Shown here: positions 23,201 through 35,628 of the stretch, piece by piece
Layout: the number at the start of each line of letters is the position of its first letter
Position numbering within the stretch: position 1 is the first letter of the stretch
Translations under genes and position numbers: made by a program
From: Anaeramoeba ignava BMAN
Lineage: Eukaryota; Protista; Anaeramoebae
Assembly (NCBI GenBank): GCA_028826165.1
Contig: JAPDFW010000081.1
Span: 930,001-994,000, forward strand
Direction: 5' to 3'
DNA: 64,000 nt
The notes under the pieces: generated by a model
Databases searched by the model: none
What the model was told of the DNA's origin: nothing
What the model saw: only the letters and a program-made list of their open reading frames with translations

Positions 23201-24239
23201 CAAAGTTCTCCATCTTGCTAGAACAAGACCAGTAACAAAAATATCATCGCCTGCTTTGCACATATCTGCAAGATCATCCTCAAGAATAACTATCATTGAT
23301 CTTGGAACTGCTCCTACTTCAAGTTTTCCGAAATGCTCTTGTATTTTGATTTCTTGATAATCTTTGCAAAGTGTATGTGAATCACTCACTTCTTCAAAAG
23401 TTCGTGATCTGCAAGGCTTTCTTCTGTTTGATGGACATGTTTTGGGTGGCTCCATGAGATTGTATCGAGTTATATCTGCTGTTAATTGAAATCTATGTTT
23501 GCATTTCGCACATTCAAATGTTTTTTCTGATTCAAGCATTTTGACTGCGCTTACTCGAATCACTGTTCCTTCAAAACACATAAAAGATCCAATATCTGAT
23601 GATTTGGGAAGTGCGTTTTTTGTAATTTCTTGTGTTAGAGGTAAGTTTCCTATTTTCAATTTAAATTTTTATCCGATTTTAATTTTAATTTTTATCCGAT
23701 TTTAATTTTAATTTTTATTTAATTTTAATTTTAATTTTTTATCCGATTTTATAAATGAATTTTAATTTTTATTTTAATTTTAATTTTAAATTATTTTAAT
23801 TTTTTATCCGATTTTGATTTTAATTTTAATTTTGATTTTAATTTTAATTTGATTTAAATTGAATTAAAATTACCAATTCTAACATGACAATTTCTTTTAA
23901 TCGGAAATTCTGTTTTCATTTGTTCTTGAGCAGAAATAATACATTCATCAAAAATAGGAATCATTTTAGAAGAATGAGTAATTAATAAACCAGCAAGTTT
24001 TGGAGAAAAATTAGCAAGTTCAAGAAAACTAGAAATAATTAAAATAAATTAAAATTAAAAATTAAAATTTTAAATTTAAAAATATTTTACTTCACTTCAA
24101 GTGGATAATGTTCTGTTGGTGAACCTTCATTAAATAATAATTCAGAAATTGTTACATCACAACATTGTTGAAGAAATTGTAAAAAAATTTGAGAATATTT
24201 TATAATTTTATCAGGATTAAAATGATAATGATAATTCAT
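20221..24239 (-). CDS. MCM9: DNA helicase MCM9, intein-containing (5 exons; 3' end slightly uncertain)
   Basis: Zn finger CAKC...C...[35 protein letters not shown], then after the intein [30 protein letters not shown]|[50 protein letters not shown]. These match MCM9 rather than MCM2-7. Confidence 0.92.
21732..22559 (-). mobile_element. Intein (276 aa; VMA1-like Hint domain with degenerate LAGLIDADG endonuclease) in the MCM9 Walker A motif
   Basis: Starts [37 protein letters not shown] (block A); block [12 protein letters not shown]; ends [22 protein letters not shown] followed by Ser(+1). Removal restores GDPGTGK-SQILK. 828 nt, open frame. Confidence 0.95.
22560..22876 (-). other. Phase-0 spliceosomal intron (317 nt) exactly between the Walker A Lys codon and the intein Cys1 codon
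   Basis: GGA AAA|gtaaat...ttcttctttag|TGT TTC GCT; the interior is (AAAATC/AAAATT)-type repeat containing stops. Confidence 0.9.
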
Positions 24240-24361
24240 TTAAAATTTTTTATAAAAAAAAAACAATAAAAAAATGATTTTTTTTTCATTTTTTCTTTTG
24301 AACTGTTTTTTTTTTTTCATTTTTCATTTTTTCATTTTTTCATTTTTTATTATTATTAAAA
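24240..24361. promoter_or_regulatory. 122-bp putative bidirectional promoter (MCM9 / SNRNP40) with tandem TTTTTCAT initiator-like motifs
   Basis: Divergent ATGs at 24239 and 24362; repeated TTTTTCAT upstream of SNRNP40 and TCATTTT on the minus strand upstream of MCM9. Confidence 0.55.
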
Positions 24362-27300
24362 ATGTCTTCTAATTCTCAAGCTTTAATTGTTTCTGATATT
24401 TCACAAAAAACTCAAGATTTAATTATTTCTCAAAGATTTCAACGGACATCTGGATTAAAATCACCAATTTTACTTCTTTCAGGTCATGAAGGTGAAGTTT
24501 ATTCAATAAAATTTCATCCAGATGGTGAAACACTTGCAACTGCAAGTTTTGATAAAAAGATTTTTCTTTGGAAAGTTTATGGTGATTGTGAGCAATATGC
24601 AACATTAAAAGGTCATAAAAATGCAGTTCTTGAAGTTTGTTATTCAAACGATAAGAAGTAAAATTATATTTAAAATTAAAATGAAAATTCATTTATAAAA
24701 TTAAAATTAAAATTCATTTATAAAATTAAAATTAAAATTAAAATTAAAATTAAAATTAAAATTAAAATTATATTTAAAATTAAAATTAAAATTAAAATTA
24801 AAATTAAAATTCATTTATAAAATTAAAATTAAAATTAAAATTAAAATTAAAATTAAAATTAAAATCAAAATTAAAATCAAAATTTAAAATTAAAATTAAA
24901 ATTAAAATTAAAATTAAAATTAAAATTAAAATTAAAATTAAAATTAAAATTAAAATTAAAATTCATTTATAAAATTAAAATTAAAATTAAAATTAAAATT
25001 AAAATTCATTTATAAAATTAAAATCAAAATTAAAATTAAAATTAATATTAAAATTCATTTATAAAATTAAAATTTAAATTAAAATTAAAATTAAAATTAA
25101 AATTAAAATCAAAATTAAAATTAAAATTAATATTAAAATTAAAATTCATTTATAAAATTAAAATTTAAAATTAAAATTCATTTATAAAATTAAAATTAAA
25201 ATTAAAATTCATTTATAAAATTAAAATTAAAATTAAAATTAAAATTCATTTATAAAATTAAAATTAAAATTCATTTATAAAATTAAAATTCATTTATAAA
25301 ATTAAAATTCATTTATACTAAAGTAAAAAAACCGAACCATCGTAAAAAACCCGAACCAAAATAAAAAAAGAAAAAAAAGTTCTTTTTGATTTGATTTATT
25401 TTTTTGATTTTGATTTTCTTTTTTTTTTTGATATTCTTCTTTTTTTTGGAGAATTCTTTTTGGTTTGAAGTTTTTTTTGTCTTTCTAATAATTTTTCAAT
25501 GACTAAACCATCTGTCAATAAACTATTACTGATATCAATCCTTTTTTTTTGATGAGGGGAATCTTTAGGCTTTTTCTTCTCTTCTATCAAGAATTCATGT
25601 TTTAAGATTTTCTCTTCTTCTAAAGGAAAAATTCCTGCTCTTGAAAAAGCTTGACGAACAGATCTTGGAGAAAAAGCAATATGAAGACAATTTTCAATTG
25701 CTTCTAAAAGACCCTCTAAAGAATCTAAATTCTTTTCCTGTGCTAATAATCTTTTGAAAGTCGAAAAAATTACATCAGAGTGGTTGAAGTAAATGAGAAG
25801 CATGTGCTGGAAGAATGATAGTATTTAGAATAGAATTTTTGGAGACTCTCAATAGCTATTACAAACGACTAACATGTCCATCAAGAATTAATAATGCCCT
25901 TTCAGATGAATCTCCTCTTTGTTTAATTACAAAAGGAATTAATGTATCTCTGATCCAATCCTCAAAAACTGGCCTGTTTATGAATCCTTTTGATCCATGA
26001 TGATAATTAAAACTATATATAGATTGTGACTTCTCAAATGTTTCTCTAGGTAAGGTCTTAGTTGGTAGTATCATTAATGGTTTCAAAAATTTTCCATCTG
26101 CTGAAATCCCACACATTGCAGTCAAATGCTTTTGAATTTGTTTTCTTTCTCTTATAGGTTTTTCTTTTTTTTTTGAAGTTACTACTTGTACTTTTGTTTT
26201 GTTTCCCTAATTTCACCATTGTTTCATCTGCATTAATGATTAAACTTGGTTGATAAGATCCATTTTTTTCTAGAAGATTTCTGACAATTGCAAAGAAACA
26301 TGAAACTTCTTCTTTTGATACCTCTCTTCGTTTTGTTTCCAATTCTTTAGCTGTGGCAGTTTTAAGTTGATTTGTTTTAGTAAAATAATAAATCCATTGT
26401 TTTGATTGAATTTGATTCATTTCCACATTTTCTTTTAACTCTGTGTATTTTTTCCTCTTTGAAATCATTTCATTTGCACTGTTGAATACTTCTGTTATTG
26501 TCATTGATTTTCCCTCGTCTGTTAAGTCTTCAATTTGTTGTTTTAATTTTTTTTGTTCTTTTTGACCTATCTCTCTTCCTTCTCTTTTTGCTTTGAGGGC
26601 TCGTTTTATCTGCGAACTGGAGATATTCAACTCTTGGGAGATGAAATTTATTGATAATGGAAAATTTTGCTTTTTCGATTCTTCATAGATAAAAACAGCC
26701 TTTTCAGGTTTTGAATTCAATTTTCTGGTTTTTCTTAAGGCGAGAAGTTGATTAATAAAGTTCTTTCTTTCTTGTTCCATAAAAAAAATAACAAAAATTT
26801 TGAAATTGAAAAAAAAAATGAAAATTTTTTGGTTCGGGTTTTTTACTATGGTTCGGTTTTTTTACTTTAGTATATAAAATTAAAATTAAAATTAAAATTA
26901 AAATTAAAATTAAAATTCATTTATAAAATTAAAATTAAAATTAAGGACATTGCTCTCTTGTTCTGCAGATCAAACTGTAATTTTATGGGATCTAAATAAA
27001 GAATCTAAAATTAGACACGTTAGAGAACATCGTTCGGTTGTAAATGCAATTTCTTCTTGCCTAAATGATCCAACAAAATTTGTTTCTTGTTCTAATGATA
27101 GTACAGTTAAATTATGGGATTCAAGAAAATCCAAATCAACACTCACAATAAAGGAACCATTTGCAGTTACTTCTGTTGCAGTCTCACATGATGGACAACA
27201 AATTTTTTATGGAGGAATTGAAAATGTGATTAAAGTTTTTGATATAAGAAAAAATGATGATGTTCTTTATTATTTAGATGGTCATAATGAATTAATATCA

Positions 27301-27927
27301 GGATTAAGTGTAAGTCCTGATGGTTCTTTATTAGCTTCATTTTCAATGGATAATACTATCAAAATTTGGGATATTAATCCTTTTTCATCAGAAAATCAAA
27401 ATTATAATGAAAATCAAAATTATGAAAATAATGAAAATAATAATGAAAATGATAATGAAAATGATAATGAAAATGAAATGAATGAAGAAATTGATGAAGA
27501 TGAAGATGAAGATGAAAATCAAAAAATTGAAAATCAAAAAAATATTCATCATTTAAACGAATCAACAAGAAAAATGGAAATTGATGAAAATAATAAAAAA
27601 GACCAAATCAAGGAAGAGATTCCAAAAGAGCAAGTTGAATCAACAGAAAATCTTCCTTCAAGATGCGTAATGCAGTTCCCAAATATTATTCATTCACTTG
27701 AATATAACCTTTTAAAAGTTGGATGGAGTCCTGATGGAGAAATGGTTTGTGCAGGTTCAGGCGATCGATTTGTTTATGTTTTATCAGTTTATTCAAACAA
27801 TATTTTATACAAACTTCCTGGTCATTATGGATGCGTAAATGAAGTTGCTTTTCATCCAAAAGAACCTATTATTGGATCTTGTAGTACTGATAGAAAAATT
27901 TATCTTGGAGAATTAATGCGTTTTTAA
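24362..27927 (+). CDS. SNRNP40: U5 snRNP 40 kDa WD40 protein (2 exons; intron 24658..26945)
   Basis: RTSGLKSPILLLSGHEGEVYSIKFHPDG, ASFDKKIFLWKVYGDC, LEYNLLKVGWSPDG, GSGDRFVYV, LYKLPGHYGCVNEVAFHPKEPIIGSCSTDRKIYLGE. Splice AA|gta...taag|G keeps the frame. Confidence 0.93.
25316..26872 (-). mobile_element. pogo/Fot1-like (Tc1/mariner superfamily) DNA transposon, 1557 bp, ~46-bp TIRs, TA target-site duplication, in the SNRNP40 intron
   Basis: Left TIR TACTAAAGTAAAAAAACCGAACCATCGTAAAAAACCCGAACCAAAA (25316-25361) matches the reverse complement of 26827-26872 with one mismatch; TA at 25314-15 and 26873-74. Confidence 0.92.
25396..26780 (-). pseudogene. Disrupted DDE_1-type transposase
   Basis: N-terminal HTH/CENP-B-like region, IINADET, TAMCGISADGKFLKPLMI, LLILDGHVSR, LPAHASHLLQPL-(fs)-DVIFSTFKR, AFSRAGIFP; split over three ORFs with frameshifts and in-frame TAA TAG. 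Confidence 0.85.
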
Positions 27928-28154
27928 CCCAATTTTTGCTTTGTTTTAAAAACAATAACAAAAATAACAACAAAAATAACCTTTTTTTTCTTTTTTTCTT
28001 TTTCCTTTTTTTCTTTTACTTTAATTCAAATTTTTTTTTATCAAGAATTGAAGAAAAGAAAGAAAGAAATTTTTTGCTAAATGATTTTCAATAGAATAAA
28101 TGATTTTTGAATTCAAAAAAATTTTTTTTGTTTTCTTTTGAAAATAAATTATTA

Positions 28155-30668
28155 TTAAAAATTTGCAATCATTTGTTTCTTTTGTTTTCCTTTTTGTTTT
28201 GTTTTTTTCTTTTCTGAATCAGAATCACCAGAAAAATCACTCAATTCAAGTGAAGAAGTATCTGAAGAATCCAAAATAATTTGTTCAGGTTGTTTGTATT
28301 GATTTGAGTTTTGATTCTCTTGGATTAAGTGTTGGAAATGTTGAGGAATTGGATTTGATTTTTGGGTTGGATTTTGTTGAAAATTTGAAGAAAATGGTTT
28401 ATTTTCGAATTTAGTTGGAATTTGATTTGTTTCTTTAATAGGATTTTGATTTTGATTTTGATTTTGATTTTGATTTTGATTTTGATTTTGATTTTGATTT
28501 TGATTTTGATATTGATTTTGATTTTGATTTTGATTTTGATATTGATATTGATTTTGATATTGATTTTGATTTTGATTTTGATATTGATTTTGTTGATTGG
28601 TTTGTTGATTGGTTTGTTGATTGGTTTGTTGGAGAATTTCATCATCAGAACTTTCAAGATCAAAAGAATCACTATCATCAGAATCTTCTAAAGGATTTAA
28701 AGAGGGATAAATTCGTTGATTTTGTGGTTGATTCAATGGTGGCTGATTCAATGGTGGTTGATTTAATGGTGGTTGATTCAATGGTGGATTAAATTGTGGA
28801 TTAAATTGTGGATTAAATTGTGGATTAAATTGAGGATTAAATTGTGGATTAAATTGTGGATTCATTTGTTGTGGATTCATTTGCTGTGGATTCATTGTTT
28901 GATACATTTGTTGTGGATACATTTGTTGTGGATACATTTGTTGTGGATACATTTGTTGTGGATTCATTGTTTGATACATTTGTTGTGGATTCATTTGTTG
29001 TGGATTTATATTAAATTGTGGTCGGAATTGTTGTGGAAATGGATTCATTTGTGGATTTGCATTTTTTGATATCTTTGTTTTTTGTGATTCTGTTACTGGA
29101 AGTCCTTCTGAAATTATTACTTTTGTTGGATCAGTTGGATCTATAAAAGCTTCTGATTGATCTTCAACTTCTTTTTCAGCTCCTTTTTGTGATTCATGAA
29201 TTACAATTTGAGTTTCTTGAGGGAGTGTATTAAAATCAAAAACAACAGGTTTTGCTCCCCATTTGTCTTTTTGTTCTCTAACATTTTTAAGTGCTTGTGT
29301 AAATTTTTCTGAAAAAGTAGTTTCATCTCCCTAACAAAAGACAATTTAAAATTAAAATTAAAATTAAAATTAAAATTAAAATTAAAATTAAAATTAAAAT
29401 TAAAATTAAAATTAAAATTAAAATTAAAATTAAAATTAAAATTAAAATTAAAATTAAAATTAAAATTAAAATTAAAATTAAAATTAAAATTAAAATTAAA
29501 ATTAAAATTAAAATTAAAATTAAAATTAAAATTAAAATTAAAATTAAAATTAAAATTAAAATTAAAATTAAAATTAAAATTAAAATATGATCTCTTTGAT
29601 ACTTTTTTGAATTTCATTTGAAATGTTCCATTTCCTTTAAGACCACCATTTGGAACAGCTTTTGTAATTCCTTTGATATAAGGTTGACCAAATGTAGGTT
29701 TTTTAGATTCTTCTTTGAATATTAAAGCAAGAGGAAGTTCAAAAGAACGAATTTTTCTAGTTTTTTCTTGAGCAATAAAAACTATACGGTATTGAGAAAG
29801 ATATACTTTTCCAGCTTTTGCATAATAACTTGAATCATAACCTGGATAACCACCCATACTTTATTTATATTATTTATATTTATATTTATATTTATATTTA
29901 TATTTATATTTATATTTATATTTATTTTTATATTTATATTTATATTTATATTTATATTTATATTTATATTTATATTTATATTTATATTTATATTTATATT
30001 TATATTTATATTTATATTTATATATATATATTTTATATTTATATTTATATTTTATTTATATTTATATTTTATATTTATTTTATTTATATTTATTTATATT
30101 TATTTATATATTTATATTTATATTTATATTTATTTATATTTATATTTTATATTTATTTATATTTTTATTTATATTTATTTATATTTATATTTATATTTAT
30201 TTATATTTATATTTATATTTATATTTATATTTATATTTATATTTATATTTATATTTATATTTATATTTATATTTATATTTATATTTATATATTATATTTA
30301 TATTTATATTTATATTTATATTTTATATTTTATTTTATTATATTTATATTTATATTTTATTTTTTATATTTATATTTATATTTATTTTTTATATTTAAAT
30401 ATTTATATTTATTTATTTTTTATTTATATTTTTTATATTTATGTTTAGATTTATATTTATATTTATATTTATATTTTTATATTTTTATATTTTATATTTT
30501 ATATTTATATTTATATTTATATTTATATTTATATTTATATTTATATTTATATTTTGTATTTAATTACCTTTCACATGTAAATTGTGAAACAGATTTAATA
30601 CAAATAAATTCTTCATTTGGAAGAAGAACAGGTGTGTCGTTCTTTGTAATTGGTGGATTTAAACTCAT
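28155..30668 (-). CDS. WBP2: WW-domain-binding protein 2-like (GRAM) protein with P/Q-rich tail (3 exons)
   Basis: MSLNPP start; GKVYLSQYRIVFIA, SFELPL, PTFGQPYIKG, VPNGGL..FQMKFK; AFIDPTDPTKV; MYPQQ/FNPQ repeats. Confidence 0.75.
29345..29586. repeat. Near-perfect (TTAAAA)n array in intron 2 of the WBP2-like gene
   Basis: Visible directly. Confidence 0.95.
29860..30560. repeat. (TTTATA)n satellite in intron 1 of the WBP2-like gene
   Basis: Visible directly. Confidence 0.95.
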
Positions 30669-31155
30669 TTATTTAAAAAATATTAAAAAATGAAAAAAAA
30701 TGAAAAAAAATGAAAAAAAAATAAAAAAATTATTTTCATTTTTTTATTCTTTTCTTTTCTTCTTTCGATATTTGTTTCAGGATTCAATTATAATGTTCTT
30801 CAATAAGCAAAATGAAATATTTTTTTAAAAAGCCGGAAATAATAATTCGAAATTAAAAAAAACAGAAAAAAAAATTTTTTTTTAATAAATTTAACAAACC
30901 AAATTAAATAAACTTTAATATCAAAATTATTAAAATTTTTTTTTAATAAATTTAACAAACCAAATTAAATAAACTTTAATATCAAAATTATCAAAATGAT
31001 TTTTTTAATATCAAAATTTATTTTTTTAATATCAAAATTATTAAATTTATTTTGCAAACAATTTTTTAAAATTTTATTATATTTTTTTTTTTTTTGAATT
31101 AAAAATATCAAAAGAGAAAAAAAGAATAAAAAAAAATCTACTTCACAAACTAAGA

Positions 31156-32244
31156 TTAAAAATTAATTCTATCAAAAGTTCCTAGTAATTCAACAATTTC
31201 AGGAGTTTTATCAGTTTCCAAAAAAATTTTTTGTTGACCGCGTTTAATGATTAAAAATTTTTGATCATAACTTTGGTTTTTCTCAATCTCTAAATCAGTA
31301 ACTCGCGCTTCAAAAACAAGAGGACTTTTTTTAGAAGATCCAAAATCAAGCAAACGAGCGACTATTCTTTGTGGATCTGAAAGAATTTCAATTTGAAGCA
31401 AAAAATATTGATTTTCTGATTTTTTTATTTCGCCAATTTTTTTGACAATATATGTCTTTTTTGGGATAAACAATTCCCGCAATTTTTCCTGGAAACGTTC
31501 TTCTTGAGTCTTGAATTGATTGATGATCTTATCTTGCTCTTTTTTTTCTTTTTTCAATTCTTTAATTTTCAAGTGAATATCCTCGATTTGTTTGTCAGAT
31601 GAATTTTTATATTGAAACAATTTTTCTTCAATTTTTTTCTGCTCTTCAAGAAGAACTTCATTTTCTTTCTTATTTTCTTTCAATTTCTCCGATGACTTTT
31701 TTATATTCGAAAGAGAAATGCTGATTGAATTTTCCAGAGTTTGTGTGTATGCCTTCAATTCTCTTACTTTTTCTTCAAGACTTTTAATACTTGATTCGTA
31801 TTGATTTTTTTTGCTGGAAAGTTCTTCAGAAAGTTTTGCCTTTTCCTGCTTTGAATCTTCCAGTAAATCCTGCAAAACTTGTGATTTTCTTTCGAGTTTT
31901 TTTCGTTTGAATTCTTGATCCTCAATTTGACTTTTCTGTTTTTTTCCGCGAAGAAGTTCGTTTTCATTTTGCATTTCATTGGTTTCAATCAGTCTTTGAT
32001 ACTTCTCGGAAATTTCTTGTGATTCGTTTTTGAGTTTGATTTTTTCTTTTTCGAGTTTTTGTTGTTTTTGATCTTTTTCTTTCAAAATATTTTCCAGAAA
32101 TTCAATGTGTTTAGTTAATGTTGCTGCTTTTGTAAGAAGTGCTTGGTTCGTTTGTTCTTCAGCCATTCGCTTCTGCATATAAATTTCAAGCTTTCTAATA
32201 AAGTATAATTGTTTTTCCTCATTTTTTTGGGAAGAATAATCCAT
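31156..32244 (-). CDS. Coiled-coil protein with possible C-terminal PH-like domain, function unknown
   Basis: ORF 31156..32433; likely start MDYSSQK at 32244 because the upstream part is poly-T leader; ~250 aa E/K/Q heptads then a ~100-aa beta-rich domain. Confidence 0.65.
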   Translation of the reverse strand: MDYSSQKNEEKQLYFIRKLEIYMQKRMAEEQTNQALLTKAATLTKHIEFLENILKEKDQKQQKLEKEKIKLKNESQEISEKYQRLIETNEMQNENELLRGKKQKSQIEDQEFKRKKLERKSQVLQDLLEDSKQEKAKLSEELSSKKNQYESSIKSLEEKVRELKAYTQTLENSISISLSNIKKSSEKLKENKKENEVLLEEQKKIEEKLFQYKNSSDKQIEDIHLKIKELKKEKKEQDKIINQFKTQEERFQEKLRELFIPKKTYIVKKIGEIKKSENQYFLLQIEILSDPQRIVARLLDFGSSKKSPLVFEARVTDLEIEKNQSYDQKFLIIKRGQQKIFLETDKTPEIVELLGTFDRINF

Positions 32245-32516
32245 TTCAATTTTTAATCCAAAATGAAAATAATGAAAAATGAAAAATAAAAATAAAAATA
32301 AAAAATGAAAAATAAAAAATAAAAAAAAATGAAAAATGAAAAAAATTAAGATTTGAATTCTTTTTAAGTAATAAATGATTCTTTTCTTGAATATTAATTC
32401 ATTCTCATAATTTCTGAGAAAATTTGAATCCAAAATTAAGTTTGAAAAGCAAAAAAAAATCCAAAAAAAAAAAAACGTAAAAAAAAATTCAGAGAATTAG
32501 GAACTATTTTTGAGAT

Positions 32517-35383
32517 TCAAACATCTTCATGTGGTCTTATTTCTGATTCTGTTGATGTTATTGATGTTGTTTTTGGAGGTGGAACTGGTTTAATTTTTTT
32601 ATAATAGCTATGTGCTCCTTTAATAACAATAACTCCTGCTACTAAAATTGCGAACCATAAAATAACATTAACTAACATTATTACACCAACTGAAGTTGAC
32701 TTTTTATTAAAAGCATCCATCATATTTAAAATTCCTCTAATTTAATTTTAATTTTAATTTTAATATTAATTTTCATATTAATTTTAATTTTAATTTTAAT
32801 TTGAATTTGAATTTTAATTTTAATTTAAATTTTAATTTTAATTTTAATTTTATAAATGAATTTTAATTTTAATTTTAATTTTAATTTTAATTTTAATTTT
32901 AATTTTAATTAAATGAATTTTAATTTTAATTTTAATTTTAATTTTAATTATAATTTTAATTTTAATTTTAATTTTAATTTAAATTTTATAAATGAATTTT
33001 AATTTAAATTTTATTTTAATTTTATAAATGAATTTTAATTTTAATTTTAATTTTAATTTTCATATTAATTTTAATTTTATAAATGAATTTTAATTTTAAT
33101 TTTAATTTTAATTTGAATTTGAATTTGAATTTGAATTTTTAATTTTAATTTTAATTTTAATTTTAATTTTAATTTTAATTTTATAAATGAATATTAATTT
33201 TAATTTTAATTTTATAAATGAATATTAATTTTAATTTTAATTTTTTTAATTTTAATTTTAATTTTAATTTTAATTTTGATTTTAATTTTAATTTAAATTT
33301 TATAAAATGAATTTTAATTTTATAAATGATTTTTAATTTTATAAATGAATTTTAATTTTGATTTTATAAAATGAATTTTAATTTGAATTTTAATTTTCAT
33401 ATTAATTTTAATTTTAATTTGAATTTTAATTTTAAATTTGAATTTTAATTTTAATTTTAATTTTAATTTTATAAATGAATTTTAATTTTAATTTTAATTT
33501 TAATTTTAATTTTAATTTTAATTTTAATTTTAATTTTAATTTTAATTTAAATTTTATAAATGAATTTTAATTTTAATTTTAATTTGGATTTTAATTTTCA
33601 TATTAATTTTAATTTTAATTTTAATTTTAATATTAATTTTAATTTTAATTTTAATTTTAATTTAAATTTTATAAATGAATTTTAATTTTAATTTTAAATT
33701 TTACTCGCATCCTGAACCAGAAACACCAACAATAATAGCAATAGAAAAAAGTAAGAAAATCGAAAACGTACAGAAAAATATATAAACTTTTCTTGATTTT
33801 TCAAGCCTTTTTTTTTTAAAAAAAAAACTTATCAATTCTTCTATTTTTTTTGATTTATTTTGAAATGATTTTTTACCTAAATCCGTTATATAAAAGACGA
33901 TACCAAACAACCCAAGAAATAACTGGAGCAACAATAAAATATAACAAAGAAATTCCAACATCATTTCCTTTATTACTTGCATCTTGTATACTTAATTTAC
34001 TAAATGCTGAAATAAGATTCCATCCAAAAGCAGCATAAGAAACTTTTATTTCAAATAATTTAATTTATAATTTAATTTAATTTTAATTTAATTTTTAGTT
34101 ATTTTTACCAATCCAAGTTATATATGCTAATCTCATTGTTCCTCTATGCCCTTTTGGAATATCGTATGAAATGGAATGAAATAACACTGGTTTACAAATT
34201 GGCCAATTTTTCAATCTTTTTGGATCAAGCCCTTTAATTTTAATTTTTGAATTTGAATTTGAATTTGAATTTGAATTTGAATTTGAATTTGAATTTAAAT
34301 TTGAATTTGAATTTGATTTGATTTGAATTTAATTTTAATTTTAATTTTAATTTGAATTTGAATTTGATTTTTGAATTTGAATTTGAAATTGAATTTGAAT
34401 TTTAATTTTAATTTTAATTTTAATTTTATAAATTGATTTTAATTTTAATTTTAATTTTAATTTTAATTTGAATTTTAATTTGAATTTGAATTTGAATTTG
34501 AATTTGAATTTGAATTTGAATTTGAATTTGAATTTGAATTTTAATTTGAATTTTAATTTGAATTTGAATTTTAATTTAATTTTAATTTTAATTTGAATTT
34601 GAATTTGAATTTAAATTTGAATTTGAATTTGAATTTTAAATTTGAATTTGAATTTGAATTTGAATTTGAATTTGAATTTGAATTTGAATTTTAATTTGAA
34701 TTTGAATTTGAATTTTTACCTAAATTTGTTTCTTGTTTGCCTAAATCTTCTTCTCTTTGTCTAATTGCTTCTTCTCTTTGTCTTAATTCAAATTCAAGTT
34801 CTTCAATATTTTTTTCTTCTTGAGTTTTTTCAGAATTTTGATAAGGATTAAATTGATTTTCCATAAAATTTTGTTGCATCATATCATTTTGATCTCTTCT
34901 TGGATCAAAATCAGATGATTCATTATCACTTCTTTTGTAATGATCTGATTTTGATTTTCTGCTTGAATTTGAATCAGAAGTATCGGAATCACTTCTAGCC
35001 TAAAAAAATAAAAATTTTCAATTTAAAAAATTTAATTTAAAAATTTTCAATTAAAATTCAATTTAAAAAATTCAATTTAAAAATTCAATTTAAAAATTTT
35101 CAATTAAAAATTCAATTTAAAAATTTTGATTTATTTGTTGTTAAAAATATTTATAATTTACTTTTTTTGTGCTTTCAAATGGATTATAATTTGCAATTGT
35201 GTTTTCGGATTTTTGATTTGCTGCTTTTTTTATTGATGGATCCTTTAGATTTGTTTTAATAAAATTATTTTTAAATAAAATTTGTTTTAATTTTAAATTG
35301 AAATTATTTTAAATTGCTAAACAAACAGTAAAAGGATTTAAATCATCTGAATCAGTAGATATTTGAGCAAAAGGATTGGACAT
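32517..35383 (-). CDS. SCAMP: Secretory carrier membrane protein (multi-exon)
   Basis: N-terminal NPF motifs (MSNPF, LNPF, YNPF), coiled ELRQREEAIRQREEDL, KNWPICKPVLFHSISYDIP, WYRLLYNGFR E-peptide, hydrophobic TM segments. Confidence 0.88.
32740..33700. repeat. (TTTTAA)n satellite with ATAAATGAA variants in a SCAMP intron
   Basis: Visible directly; the same family as the SNRNP40 intron repeat when read on the sense strand. Confidence 0.9.
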
Positions 35384-35628
35384 TTTGTTTGTTGTGTTTT
35401 TTTTTTAAAAAATAAAATAGAAAAAAGAAAAATTAAAAATGAAAAAAAAATGAAAAAAAAAAAATTAAAAAGAAATTTTTTCTTTTCTTTTTTTTTAATT
35501 TTGATTTTAATTTAAATTTTATTTTGATTTAATTTTAATCAAATGGATGACGTAAAAAATTTTTTAAATTAAATTTTAATTTTTTAATTTTTCATTTTTC
35601 ATTTTTCTATTTTTCTATTTTTCTAAAA

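Noticed and set aside
25855-25865. In-frame TAA TAG in the transposase as evidence of stop-codon reassignment
   Set aside because: Conserved host genes end in TAA, TAG or TGA and have no internal stops in conserved motifs; the element is simply degenerate.
30875-30996. ~61-bp direct repeat upstream of the WBP2-like gene
   Set aside because: A local tandem duplication with no TIR, TSD or ORF; no function can be supported.
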